A DNA stretch of 64,000 nucleotides from Octopus vulgaris (GCA_951406725.2 OX597837.1:11346001-11410000), one strand, 5' to 3'. Positions 41,951 to 55,396 are shown, numbered from the stretch's first letter. Notes: generated from the sequence alone by a model not told the origin. Numbers and translations are program-made.

Positions 41951-42374
41951 CTTCTTATTTCTTTATTGACCACAAGGGGCTAAACGTAGAGGGGACAAAC
42001 AAAAACAGACAAAGGGATTAAGTCGATTACATCGACCCAAGTGCGTAACTAGTACTTAATTTATCGACCCCGAAAGGATGAAATGCAAAGTCGACCTTGG
42101 CGGAATTTGAACGCAGAACGTAACGGCAGACGAAATACCTACTTTTTTACTACCCACAAGGGGCTAAACACAGAGAGGAGAAACAGGACAGACAAAGGGA
42201 TTAAATCGATTACATCAACCCCAGTGCGTAACTGGTACTTATTTAATCGATCCCGAAAGGATGAAAGGCAAAGTCGACCTCGGCGGATTTTGAACTCAGA
42301 ACGTAACGGCAGACGAAATACGGCTACGCATTTCGCCCGGCGTGCTAACACTTCTGCCAGCTTGCCGCCTTCAA
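41951..42374 (-). mobile_element. SINE family B with two ~190-bp tandem units and 12-bp TSD
   Basis: TSD cttagccatatg at 41939-41950 and 42375-42386. Confidence 0.93.
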
Positions 42375-42386
42375 CTTAGCCATATG

Positions 42387-42520
42387 TCTCTATTATACTC
42401 AATGCTAGTTCTTGCTGCATCATTCGTCCTCTCTATTAAACGAAATGTAATGGCTCGCTTTCTTAATGGCCTTCGACAATTTTCTAGCAACGTTCTTTCT
42501 TCCCTTTACAGCAGAGGTGG
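42387..42520 (-). mobile_element. Possible decayed restriction-like-endonuclease LINE (HERO/NeSL-like) C-terminus
   Basis: SAVKGRKNVARKLSKAIKKASHYISFNREDE* loosely resembles the LSxAAExASxWIWxxR terminus; weak match. Confidence 0.3.
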
Positions 42521-42606
42521 GGGAAACCCCGCCGCGAGCGCAATTGCGCCCGCAAGCCTATCTTATTGCAGGCTGATTTACCCGTATGTACCAAATAAAG
42601 CAAACC

Positions 42607-42979
42607 TTAGAGCACTCCGTCGAGGGTTCCGGTTGATCCGAATCAACGGAACAGCCTGCTCGTGAAATTAACGTGTAAGTGGCTGAGCACTCCACAGACA
42701 CGTGTACCCTTAACGTAGTTCTCGGGGATATTCAGCGTGACACAGAGAGTGACAAGGCCGGCCTTTTGAAATACAGGTACAACAGAAACAGGAAGTAAGA
42801 GTGAGAGAAAGTTGTGGTGAAAGAGTACAGCAGGGGTCACCACCATCCCCTGCCAGAGCCTCGTGGAGCTTTAGGTGTTTTCGCTCAATAAACACTCACA
42901 ACGCCCGGTCTGGGAATCGAAACCGCGATCCTATGACCGCGAGTCCGCTGCCCTAACCACTGGGCCATTGCGCCTCCAC
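42607..42979 (-). mobile_element. SINE family A, full length, 11-bp TSD
   Basis: TSD taaagcaaacc at 42596-42606 and 42980-42990; homologous to 1644-2010. Confidence 0.94.
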
Positions 42980-42985
42980 TAAAGC

Positions 42986-44191
42986 AAACCAATGCATGGA
43001 ACAACTAGAGGTGAAGATTTATTTCAAATGGTCAACTCAGCTTTGAAAGATTTTGATTCACCATATGAAAAAATGAGAAGTCTTGCTACAGTTGGCGCTC
43101 CATCTATGGCAGTTCGTGAAAAAGTAGTCCGTAGATTTGATTAAGAATGAATTTAAGAAGCGTCTTTTGGGTCCGGAAACTTTGTGTGTTACTGCTTTAG
43201 GTGTTTTCGCTCAATAAACACTCACAACGCCCGGTCTGGGAATCGAAACCGCGATAGGGAAAGTTTATTTACAAAATCTCTCGAGATGGGCAATGTAATG
43301 GAAGTCGTAACTAAGCCCAGGGTTGAATAATAGGGAATTTAAAGAATTTTTGAAAGATCTTGAAGCCGAATATGAGGAGTTATTGCACCATTGTGAAGTT
43401 AAGTGGTTTAGTAAGGCCCAAACGCTTAAGCGATTTTATGAACTGAAGGAAGAAGTGAAAATTTTTATAGATGTTAAAGGTGTTCCTATAATAGAACTGG
43501 AAAATAAAGTTTCAAAGTGATTCCGCATTTTTAGTAGATAGAACTAGTCATTTAAATAATTTGAACTTGAAACTACAAGGCTCCTATCAGCTAATAACCA
43601 GTTTGCTTCCTCGTATCAAAAGCTTTGAATCGATGCTTCATTTATTTGTCACACAATTGAAAAGAAAGTGCTTCGCACATTTTTCGTAATTGAGCGAACA
43701 AAATCCCGGATCAACAAAGGAATATTCTGATGAGTGTGGAAATCTTTTGAAGAAATTTGAAAGCAGATTTGAAGAAATACAAATCGAAGAAATAAAATCG
43801 AACTACGTGTTTCTGAAACACGCTTTGATATGTGTCCTGAGGAGGGTCCGGATTCCTTACAATTAGAATTAATTGATTTGCAGTCGGATAACTTAATATA
43901 ATCGAACTATAGTAATCTGTCTTTATTGGACTTCTATAAACCCATCAATCTTGAGAAAATCCCTACCTTCTATAGAGATGCCTTGAAATTCGTATCTCAA
44001 TTTTCGACATCTTATCAATGTGAGCAGTTTTTTGCCAAATTGAATTATGTAAAAATAATTGTCTTCATACCAGACTTACTAACAAATACCTGAGTAATGA
44101 ACTTAGAATAGCAGTTTCTTCAAAGACGTGATATTCTTGAACTTCCAAAAAAAAAAAAAAAGAGAAAAATTAGTTTCATCCTTCTCATTAA
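42986..44191 (+). mobile_element. hAT (Charlie/SPIN/GTF2IRD2-like) transposase pseudogene, central and C-terminal part
   Basis: KPMHGTTRGEDLF..LATVGAPSM..LNNREFKEFL..LLHHCEVKWFS..AFLVDRTSHLNNLNLKLQG..LQLELIDLQ..STSYQCEQFF..HPSH*; many stops and frameshifts; SINE A fragment at 43194-43256. Confidence 0.92.
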
Positions 44192-44249
44192 ACAAATTTT
44201 AAAGTCAGGTCAATTAGCTTTGGATAAATTTGTTTAAATATGTAATCAT

Positions 44250-44433
44250 ATCGAGCCCTTCTGGGTATTAGCGCGTTCTACGATGAGTCTACGATTTAAA
44301 AAAAAAATTACCATAATTTTTTCCGCATTTTAATGCATTTTTGGCTCGGTTTATATAAGGGAAGTAACTCTCTAAAAATGCTTATATAGTTATTTCCCTT
44401 ACAAACCCGAGCAACGCCGGGCGATACTGTTAG
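44250..44433 (+). mobile_element. Non-autonomous Helitron 3' end
   Basis: Hairpin cccgagcaacgccggg followed by cgatactgTTAG|t; same terminus type as 60264-60291. Confidence 0.7.
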
Positions 44434-45339
44434 TTTACATATAATACTATTTAGGTATTAATGTAATTTTTAAAAATTAAATTCGGTCTGTGCTCACCAC
44501 AGCAAATATTGAACCAATGAACACAAAACGTCATAAGTATATACTACAAGACGTTTTTTACGCTTTTCCAACCGGTTCTGTCAACCCCACCTCCATCACA
44601 CCGCTGTTCCATCATTCATTTCTATTCCCTCAGTCTGAGTCTAGTCTTTTCATACTCCAAGTAATCTCACTCATTAAATATTTAATCCCGTTTTATCTCT
44701 TCTTCATGAGTTATTTTTCACGTTTATTTTTTAAATTAAATTTCGTAAAGAGTTAAAACATTTTGTTATCTCAGTCATTATTTGGAATGGTTTTATCCTT
44801 TTACAGCTCTTCAGAAAATTATGGATTGCGTCTTAACTCTTCTTCTAATCGAGATGCATAAAATTATCCGTTTAAATGCCTGGTACACTTCCTACTTAGC
44901 AAATTGCGTTCTAATAAATCTAGAAATTAATTATACGAGCTTTTAGCAGAAGCAAAACTCGTATTATCGTTAGAACTTTTAGGATACGTTGAAGGGAAGA
45001 AGATACTCTTAGACGGCGACCTGCCCCCGAATCTTTGCAATAAATTGGACTTCGCTAAAGTCTCCCTTAGTGCCAAGTGATGGCATCAAAGAGAGCGATA
45101 GAGTAGTGTAGCAATATTTTCTCCGATAGGCTTCTACAGAGTTTCTTTCAACTAAATTTCACTCAGACGAAATTTGATTGACTTGAGGCGACGTTAAGAA
45201 TTTAATTTTTTTTTTTATTCAAGCATGTCGCAGACTAGGTTCGAACCCGAAATTACGTGTTTTCAAAGCGGATTTTTCTGAATCTCACAGCCATGTCTGC
45301 TTTCATATTTAATATCATCTTTACTATCTTCAACTTCTG

Positions 45340-45612
45340 AACATTGCCACCTCGACTCATGAGTCCACCGTCCCTATGAGTCCACCTTGGACTCATAGGG
45401 ACGGTTAATCGGTTTCCATAAGTGACCGACATCACAACATCCTCATCCTTGAATGGGGTACCAGGTTATTCATTTAGAGCTGACCACAGGGGCCTGGAGT
45501 AATGTGAAATTAAGTATTTTTCTTCAAAAGCTCAAAGTAACATCCGGGAATCGAAAACACTTTCTTGCGATCTTGAATACAACACCCTAACCATTAGGCC
45601 ATGTACTTTCAC
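45340..45612 (-). mobile_element. Degenerate tRNA-derived SINE with fold-back at its tail
   Basis: Reverse complement head atggcctaatggttagggtg..tttcgattcccgg; perfect 18-bp hairpin at 45367-45405. Confidence 0.6.
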
Positions 45613-45982
45613 CCCATTTTTAATATGAAGTAAGTGTATATAATGATATGAATACAGCAAGTGGTAACACTGTATTCTTTATGCCAACCGTTATCACAAG
45701 GTCACTAAATGACTATTCAATCCACCAAAAAACGAGATAATGTTTGTCCTACTTCCTACCTTCGTACGGAATAAATAGTCTTTTAATCTAAGCAGAAATA
45801 TTAGCTTTAAGGGGAAAAGCGACAGTGTTCTTGATCCGCTCGTAGGGTCTCTACGCCTTGTGGGGGAGAGAGAGGAATGAGATGGAAAACTGAGTATTTT
45901 GGGTCCCCTCTTTGTGGTATCTATGTCTTGTGTATGAAAGATAGAAGGATTTTTTTTAATGTCAGTTCTTGAAAGTTAATCA

Positions 45983-46267
45983 GTTATTCGAGCTAGTTAT
46001 GCAGTATACGAAAATATTGCTAAAAATCTCAAACCGCAGAGAGGTGGTTAATTCATGAAAGAATTTATCCTTTCTGGTGTGGAGAATATATTCCCAAAAG
46101 AACTTAATTCGTTTGGAAATATTAGCTTCTCAAGAAGAACTGTTTCTGATCATATTAAAGATATTGCTGATGACACTCAAAATTCTCTAAACTTTGATTC
46201 AGCAGAATTCTTATTGTATTCATTGGCTATTGATGAGACAACTGATCAGTCTAATACTACTGTATGA
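45983..46267 (+). mobile_element. hAT transposase N-terminal fragment
   Basis: VIRASYAVYENIAKNLKP..FMKEFI..FGNISFSRRTVSDHIKDIA..YSLAIDETTDQSNT (includes the first catalytic D motif). Confidence 0.88.
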
Positions 46268-46475
46268 AAGACGGAAAGATTTTGTCAGGAAGAGATTTGA
46301 GTCGACTGGAGTATGTTGCTCGGGAATACAAAGCAACGCCCGGTCTGGAAATCGAAACCAGGATCTCGTGATCGTGAGTGCAACACATTAGTCACTAGTC
46401 CACGCGCCTTCACTCCGTATTTATTCTGTAGTAAGTGAATATTACGAAAGTGAATGGAGATATTACATTCCTTAT

Positions 46476-46531
46476 CGACTGGCCCACTCCCAGGCCCAAA
46501 ATTTCAGACCTTGTGCCTAGAATAGAGAAGA
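46476..46531 (+). mobile_element. 56-bp 5'-truncated SINE B tail with 16-bp TSD
   Basis: atattacattccttat at 46460-46475 and 46532-46547. Confidence 0.85.
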
Positions 46532-47025
46532 ATATTACATTCCTTATGCCATCAGTTATGACAAGGCCACTAAATGCATATTAAATCCAATTAAATCCAC
46601 CAAGAAACGAGATACTTTATCAGGCATTGATTAGTTATTAAATGCGTCTTTATTAATGGAATTACGCTGGTGAGTTTCTAACACGACTTCAGCTCGAAAT
46701 CCCATGTCATCGAATCGGTAATCGAAATATGATATCCAGCAGATAAATTATGGCAGTGAGAAGCTAATATCACACACTCCGTTTATTTATTAGCAGGCGA
46801 ATTAATTAGCAGAAATTGCAACAGACTGCGAAATGGTAGGTCGGTGTTTGCATAGGCGCAGTTGGGAATCAAGAAATTTAAATGATTGTTAGTAGTATTC
46901 GTTTTCAAGCTAAAACCAATGCTCTAAGAAGATTTACCTCGTATTTCTTTTAACAAACAACGAGTTGATGTTTCGACATTTTGTACGCTTGTTATGATGA
47001 TGAAGGGAAGATACATGGCTTAGTG

Positions 47026-47072
47026 GTTTGTGAGTGGATTTGGTAGACGGAAACTGAAAGACTCCCGTCATA

Positions 47073-47123
<51 letters not shown>

Positions 47124-47538
47124 ATAAATATTAGGGAATAAATCCAAACTTACAGGGAAAATCAGATTTAGGATTGAATACAATTTTATAGTAAAATATT
47201 ATATTATATTAAATTAGAGACAAAACCACTATTAGGCAAATCACACAATGAAAAGCTTAAGCCAATACATAAGATTATTTAATTTATTTTATTTAAATAT
47301 ATAACAAAATTATTAAAAAAATATAATTAATATATCACTACGATCGTTTCATGGCTGTTAATTTCTTTAAATTTTCGAGTCACAGTCATTCATCAGGTGG
47401 TTTAAATATTTATCTTGGCGAGGTTTAAACCTCGTTAAAATGGCGGTGTCCCAGCATGGCCACAGCTCATTAGCTGAAACTGGTTTTCCTAATATGGTTT
47501 TGTCTCTATAAATATAATATAAAAATATAATATAATAT

Positions 47539-47595
<57 letters not shown>

Positions 47596-47666
47596 CACAT
47601 GAATGCGTACTTAATACCCCGCGTTAATGGTTAATACCATATGGCCATGGTGCATAGGACATTCGA

Positions 47667-47706
<40 letters not shown>

Positions 47707-47903
47707 ATATATGTATGTATATATGTAATGTATGCATGTGTGTTTAGCCCCCAACACTTGACAACCGATGCTGGTGTGATTACGCTAAATGGTTCGGCAA
47801 AAGAGGCCGATAGAATTACTGAAAAATAAGTCCTGGGGTTCTAGAAACTGTGCTCCAGCATGGCCACAGTCAAACGACTGAAACAAGTAAAAGAGTAAAA
47901 AGA
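47026..47903 (+). mobile_element. SINE family C split by a fold-back PLE (47120-47530) in its internal (TA)n
   Basis: 5' part 47026-47070 and 3' half 47740-47903; 47482-47522 is an inverted copy of 47199-47243. Confidence 0.75.
47334..47401 (-). ncRNA. Type I hammerhead ribozyme, canonical core
   Basis: Reverse complement accac-CTGATGA-atgactgt(loop)acagccat-GAAA-CGATCG-TA-gtgat. Confidence 0.8.
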
Positions 47904-48536
47904 TATAAACACATAAACACACATGCATACATACATACATACATACATACATACATGCATATATATACATATATATATATATATAAATCCATACGTTTTG
48001 GTGATGTTTTACTATTCCCAACATCGATCAAATATATTCTGATCGTGTTAAATTGAAAGACTGAAGGAAAAGTACGATTCGCCTTCCATATTGAAATAGT
48101 GAACACCAATAAATAAACAGATCAATATTTATGTCTATTTGAGGTACTGGACCACAAGTGATGACTTGTATGGGGAATAACGCCATGAATTTCACATGGA
48201 GATATTAATAACGCTACGAGACCATTAGCGACGTTTATTTCTGAAATAACGGAATGAGAAAATTGTTTATAACATCGATGTTCTGCCTTATATTAAGGGG
48301 GGAAGGCCAGATGAAGGTAACTGTTCGAAGGAGGTCAGAGCCCTAGGATCGGATGGAAGGGGTGGAAGCGCTGTCTTGAAGAGAAAATATACGATGTGAT
48401 GTAATGTTATCATGTTATTAAAATTTCTATCCGTAATAGCATTTGGAAGAGTGGCTTTCATGAATTCCATAGGAATTCATTGTGGAAAGATATTTAAAAA
48501 TGTATGAATAACTGTTTGTATGAATACATACACGCA

Positions 48537-48627
<91 letters not shown>

Positions 48628-48733
48628 GTTCTTTTATTTTGCTATCAGTTTCAGTCAGAGGTTGCGGCCACGTTGGGACACGTCCATTAGCGTTAATGCT
48701 TGTTTTATAGACGTACACACACACACAGTCACA

Positions 48734-48797
<64 letters not shown>

Positions 48798-49540
48798 CAT
48801 ACATATGTATGCATGCAAATGTATAGATTATATAATGCCCATATATATATATATAGATAGATAGGTAGATAGATAGATAGATAGATAGATACATACATAC
48901 ATATATACATGCATACATATATGCGTGTATGTATATTTAAATACATACTTACATACGTACACATATATATACATATATATATACACACAGACATTCGTAT
49001 ATATATATATTGATACATAACTGCATGCATACATGCATACATACATTTACGTGGTTTCTTTAGTTGTATTTGGATGTACATAATCGTGTATCTCAATAAT
49101 GATTTTTACGTGATTACGAGGTTTTTCCCTCTCTTTGCGTATTAAGTCTATTGCTGTAACAACAATTGAAATATTGTATAATCTCTCCATTACATACTTT
49201 AATATTTATGTTGGAATGTTTTCAGTTACTTCTCGAAATTGTCCCCTTCATTTGCGAATATGTGTATTGCTATATCAGCATGTATATGCATACTTATATT
49301 CATTTTTGTGTGTTTATGTGCATCTATATAGACATACGTACGCACATACATACATACTTACCGAGAGACATATATACAGGCATATATAAGTCGCTAGAAA
49401 AATGCTCTCACGTGGTTACGAGGTGTTTTGACTCTTATTTCAAGCAATCATAATGCTTACTAGCAACGTCCGTGACTCTAGTAACGGTTATACTTGTTGC
49501 CTTTGAGTTCTAAATATATATATATACATATATATATATA

Positions 49541-49733
49541 CTTTATTTAAAGCAGCAGAAAATTCTACAAAACCTGTTACTCTGAGTTTCGCGTTGCCGT
49601 TCATCGGACAGTTTTTGCTAGAGTAACAGGTTTTGTAGAATTTTCTGCTGCTTTAAATAAAGCATATTACTCTACCACTGGTATTTGAGTACTCTTTTTT
49701 CCACCTTGTTTCACATTTATGTGTTTACTCCGG
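49541..49733. mobile_element. Fold-back PLE-like insertion in (TA)n with hammerhead-like motif (49579-49613, minus strand)
   Basis: Arms 49541-49583 / 49620-49662; reverse complement aactgt-CCGATGA-acggcaacgc-GAAA-CTC-agagt. Confidence 0.7.
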
Positions 49734-49811
<78 letters not shown>

Positions 49812-50018
49812 TATATGTATATACATATATATTTTAAAAAATGATTAGAGATGGCTTTTGTAGATGTGGAGGATGATTTTTGTTTTAATCTTACTGATAA
49901 TGTTTACAATGAGTTACTCTGATATGAGTTGAAATAGCCGTTTTCAAACTCAAAAATATGTTTTACTTGTTGCTTAAATAGCAAAAGATTTTTTCTAACA
50001 AGTATGCATACAAAAAAA

Positions 50019-50129
50019 GGCCCGAGGACCGAGGCTATTGTAGAAGATATTTACCAAGGTGCCACGCAGTGGAACTGAACCTGGAACCTTGTGGTTTGGA
50101 AGCAAGCTTCTTACCACACAGCCACGCCT
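50019..50129 (-). mobile_element. SINE family C head
   Basis: ccaaggtgccacgcagtggaactgaacc..cttaccacacagccacgcc. Confidence 0.8.
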
Positions 50130-50189
50130 AAATACGTCTTAATATTTTGTCTTTAAGCCGTTCTAAGTATGTATAAACAATATTTCCAA

Positions 50190-50440
50190 ATTGTTGTTGC
50201 TGTTGTTGGTTTGATGACGGTTATGGTGATTGGTGGTGGTGGTATTGTTGTTGCTAGTGGTGGTGGTTGTGGTGGTGTTGTTGTTGGTGGTGATGATGGT
50301 GGTGGTTGTGGTGGTGTTTTTGTTGGTGGTGATGATGGTGGTGGTTGTGGTGGTGTTGTTGTTGTTGGTGGTGGTGGTGGTTGTGGTGGTGTTTTTGTTG
50401 TTGTTGGTGGTGGTGGTAGTGATGGTGGTGGTTGTGGTGG

Positions 50441-50471
<31 letters not shown>

Positions 50472-50742
50472 ATTATTGTTGCTAGTGGTGGTGGTGATGG
50501 TGGTGTAGGTGGCGATGGCGGTGGTGGTGATGCTAGTTATAGCGATGGTGGTGATGGCGATGTTGGTGGTGGTAATAGAGGTGGTGGCGATGGTGGTAGT
50601 GGTGGTGGTGGCAGTGGTGGTGGTGGTGATAGTGGTGATGGTTGTAGTGGTGGTGGTTTTTGTGGTGGTGGTAATGATGATTGCGTGGCGGTGGTGGCTG
50701 CGGTGACGGTGGTGGTCGTGGTATTAGCGGTGGTGTTAGTAG
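50190..50742. repeat. Degenerate (GGT/GTT)n tract
   Basis: Read directly. Confidence 0.95.
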
Positions 50743-51512
50743 TTGACCAGTCCAAACTGAGAAATCTATGCACATACAGTTGAGCCCCTACAGATAGACA
50801 TACACCCATACTCCTCTCCACACACACACACACACACACACAGAGGTTGACCAACACATACAATAATTCTACTACTGTTTATCCTTCTGTTTGAGAAGGT
50901 CCAACATTTCTTCTCACTAACCCTCTCCACCCTTCTCTACTCTGAATGCATGTACTTAATTACCAACTAACACTCTCTCCCCCCTCCCCCTCTCTCTCCC
51001 TTCCTCTCTCTCTATCTATCTCCCCATTATTTCTATGACTCATGATTCTTATGTATCAACACACAGATTAAAACATATATTTTTCTTTTTGTTTAATTTC
51101 TGTATTTCTTCTTTTTCCTGATAAAGAGCTTATGCCCGAAACATCGATACGTTTTCTTTTTCCTCAAGACCAAAATACAAATCACCATCAACTTTATAAT
51201 TATTTTATGTACTTCCTTCCAACGGATTATCAAACGGAAACCACTTAACATAGACAAGGCACAGTGAAACAAAATCGGAACAACAACATTGTGAGGCGTA
51301 CCTTTTAAATACATCACCATGTCCATGAATTTTCTTAGTTTGTGTAAACAATATTACCATATTGTAATATAGGCATTTCTTCACAGAATATTTAGGAGCA
51401 TTGTTGAACATTATTTAAGAGTGCTCGATAAAAGTATAGTTTCATTAATTAACGTCCCTTGCACACCACGTTAATTAATGTCCCTTGCACACGCTAGCAT
51501 TTATTCATTGTC

Positions 51513-51656
<144 letters not shown>

Positions 51657-51676
51657 TAATTAAATTCTATGTCTTT

Positions 51677-51770
51677 GTGCAGCTGAAGATTGCTCTGCAT
51701 TGTAAATTGATGTAATGAAATGATTGCATTGTTCAAGTAAATGGAGTTGCATGAAACGATCGTACTGCAT
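51677..51770 (+). ncRNA. Type I hammerhead ribozyme, canonical core, extended stem II, in a PLE terminus between (TA)n tracts
   Basis: gtgcag-CTGAAGA-ttgctct...ggagttgcat-GAAA-CGATCG-TA-ctgcat; 6-bp stem I; predicted cut after 51764. Confidence 0.82.
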
Positions 51771-52040
51771 TACCTCTGGATATCCTTGTTACTTGTTTTG
51801 ATATATATATATATATATTCTCCTGCATCCTCTTGCATGAACAATATAGTTCTTCGTTTCAACTTACGTACTTTTAGGAAAACTCATAGATGTTGATGGA
51901 ATTAAATAAAAATTTTTTTTTTAAATTTCAATAGTATCTTAAAACGTCTTTATGCTTCGAAATTAGATATTTAGAACACTTTTGAATCTTTTAAATTTTA
52001 ATGTACCACTGATGAGAGAAATGTGGTCAATTGCCATATG

Positions 52041-52095
<55 letters not shown>

Positions 52096-52439
52096 ATGTC
52101 AGAGAGTGCGTACGGTGTACATGCATCCATATGTGTCACTTATAAGCGTGTGTTAGTAACGAATTTTAAGGGAGAAACTTTAGCGTCACAAAACTAAAGA
52201 GGCTTATATAAGATATTGTAAACAAGATATATGGGAATCGAAAGAGACAGAAGCAGTTGAAATTCTGGTAGTTGTAGGTTGAGCAGGTGGTGCGTATTGG
52301 CTGCCGTAATTCGGTTGCCTTAATGATTTTAGGAACGCGTTTAGCGAACATTAGGATTCTCTTTGAAGTTGATATATTCTCATCTCACCACAACCGTTAA
52401 ATATTATTTACACAACATTCTTTTTACAGTACAAAAGTA

Positions 52440-52884
52440 TACATACATACATACATACATACATACATACATACATACATACATACATACATACATACAT
52501 ACATACATACGTACGTACGTACGTACGTACATACATGCATACACGCATTCATACGTACGTACACACATATATATATATACATACATGCATGCAGGCATAC
52601 ATACATACGTACGTACATACATACATACATACATGCATGCATGCATAGATGCATACATACATATATGCATGCAGGCATACATACATACGTACATACATAG
52701 ATACATACATACATACATACATACATACATGCATGCATTCATACGTATATACATACATACATGCATGCATGCATTCATACATATATACATACATACGTAC
52801 ATGTACGCATACATACATGCATACATACATACATGCATACATATATACATACATACATACATACATACATACATGCATGCATAC
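52440..52884. repeat. (CATA)n microsatellite
   Basis: Read directly. Confidence 0.97.
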
Positions 52885-53345
52885 ACAGAGATCAGTTGTC
52901 CTGCAGATATAAATATCTCTTTTAAGATCAAAGAAAAATGGATATCTATGGACAACTGCTTTGAAACCTCCAGCTTCTATATCCAGACTATGAATTCATA
53001 TTCATACCAATAATAATTGGAGCACTAACTTTTGTTAGTAAATGCTAAAAGTAGAATCTGGATAAACTGGGATTTTCAGAAGGAGAAATTGATTGGTTGA
53101 TTCGTACATTACAAGTCCAATCTGTGAGTGGAACAGTAAAACTCTGCAAGACTTTTCTCAAGTTCCAAATGTGAATTTGTCTGGGTTAACTACATTCCAA
53201 AGATGGAGCCTTGTATCATTGTTGGAAACCGGTTCCCTCCTCAGTGGAAGATTTACAATAGTTCAAAAGTAGAAGAGACATATGTATAAGGGAAACAAGA
53301 TAAGTATGGACAACTGTTTCGAAAGCTCCAGTTTCTATATCTGGT
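52885..53345 (+). mobile_element. R4/Dong-like restriction-like-endonuclease LINE 3' end next to (CATA)n, plus a short second fragment (53300-53345)
   Basis: EISCPADINISFKIKEK / IYGQLL*NLQLLYPDYEFIFIPIIIGALTFV..LDKLGF..LIRTLQVQSVSGTVKLCKTFLKFQM*. Confidence 0.8.
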
Positions 53346-53453
53346 TTACAAATCTGCTATGTGCGTAGATTTGTCAGCTGGGACTGTTCCACTACTAACG
53401 CAACCACCATCACCACCACCACCATTTTGGTACACACACACACACATATATAT

Positions 53454-53843
53454 GTGGCTGTGCGGTAAGTAGCTTGCTAACTAAACACATTGTTCCGGGT
53501 TCAGTCCCACTGAGTGGCATCTTGGGCAAGTGTCTTCTGCTATAGCCCTGGGCCGACCAATGCCTTGTGAGTGGATTTGGTAGACAGAAACTGAAAGAAG
53601 TCTGTCGTATATATGTATATATATATATGTATGTGTGTGTGTCTGTGTGTCTGTGTTTGTCCCCCTAGCATTGCTTGACAACCGATGCTGGTGTGTTTAC
53701 GTCCCCGTCACTTAGCGGTTCGGCAAAAGAGACCGATAGAATAAGTACTGGGCTTACAAAGAATAAGTCCCCGGGTTGATTTGCTCGACTAAAAGGCGGT
53801 GCTCCAGCATGGCCGCAGTCAAATGACTGAAACAAGTAAGAGA

Positions 53844-53844
<1 letters not shown>
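53454..53844 (+). mobile_element. SINE family C, near full length
   Basis: High identity to the other copies. Confidence 0.93.
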
Positions 53845-53880
<36 letters not shown>

Positions 53881-53883
<3 letters not shown>

Positions 53884-54043
53884 GACAGGCTTCTTTCAGT
53901 TTCCGTCAAACAAATTGACTCACAAAGCTTTGATCGGCCTGGGCCTATAGTACAAGACACTTTCCCAAGGTGCCACGCAGTGGGACTGAACCCGGAACCA
54001 TGTGGTTGGTAAGCAAGCTTCTTACGATACATCCACTCCTGCA
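53881..54043 (-). mobile_element. SINE family C, 5' half, inverted relative to its neighbour
   Basis: Reverse-complement match to 53454-53610. Confidence 0.88.
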
Positions 54044-54613
54044 GGAACAAACAAACAAAACAAAGTGACATAGAGTGCCGAGAATTTTGTATGTTGGTAC
54101 TTATCAATCTCAGAATTATTTTATTTCTCTTCGTATTTATCTATTTTTATTCTTATCCTTTTATAAACATTTTATTTTCATATAAATTTTAGACGTAATT
54201 CTATTTCTTTCGTTTTAACATTTACATGAGAAGCTATCGTGTTTATCATTCAACCTCATAAGCTACGGAAATGGTATTTAAACAACTGGAATGTTCTCAG
54301 CTTTTAACAAGTGGATAAAAGTATTATTGGCATTTCATAAGCAATGAATTAAGAACAGTTATTCATTTATCGTATTTATATTTGCATTTGTTCGTTCAAT
54401 TATCCATTTTTTTTATGGTCTACTCGCTTTCACTTTCTGTCTTATAATCTCTCTCTATATGAGTGCACATGGGAGGACGGATATAATTACACTCCTACAC
54501 ACACACACACACACAAAGGCACAAAAGCACCCACAGACACACACATGCATATATGTACAGTTGTTAAAATTACGTTCGGCCTGGGCTATTTTCTGAGTTT
54601 ATTGCTTTTATGA

Positions 54614-54737
<124 letters not shown>

Positions 54738-54867
54738 TATATACGTAAAAATATATATATATATATGTTGATATAAATACAAATATATATATATATATAA
54801 ACTTATATGTGTATATACATATATATATATATATATATATACAAATATATACGTATATATAAATAAT

Positions 54868-54945
54868 AATAAAGCATATTACTCTACCACTGGTATTTGA
54901 GTACTCTTTTTTTCCGCCTTGTTTCACATTTATGTTTTTACTCCG
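54868..54945 (+). mobile_element. PLE-like terminal fragment (16905/49541 family) in (TA)n
   Basis: aaagcatattactctaccactggtatttgagtactc..actccg followed by (TA)n. Confidence 0.8.
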
Positions 54946-54980
<35 letters not shown>

Positions 54981-55234
54981 AATATATACATATACGTGTA
55001 ACACACACACACACACACACATATATATATGGTGCTGAAGCAGGACTGCAGTCAATTGACTGAAACAAGTAAAAGCATTTCTAAAATGACTGTGGACGCA
55101 TATCTGTCTGTTCGCTTGGTTCGATGTAGAAACCGGTGACGATTATTTTTCATTTGGGAATTAACAAACGACGTCAACAAGTTCATTGAACTTAAAGCAA
55201 CAACGGACTCTGCAAGGACGACAACGGCATTAAG

Positions 55235-55246
55235 AACAACAACAAC

Positions 55247-55308
<62 letters not shown>

Positions 55309-55352
55309 TGATGATGATGATAATGATGATGATGATGATAATAATAATAATA

Positions 55353-55396
<44 letters not shown>

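Noticed and set aside
50169-50783. Glycine-rich 204-aa ORF with a hydrophobic N-terminus
   Set aside because: It coincides with a degenerate (GGT/GTT)n tract that is also largely open in other frames; no independent coding evidence
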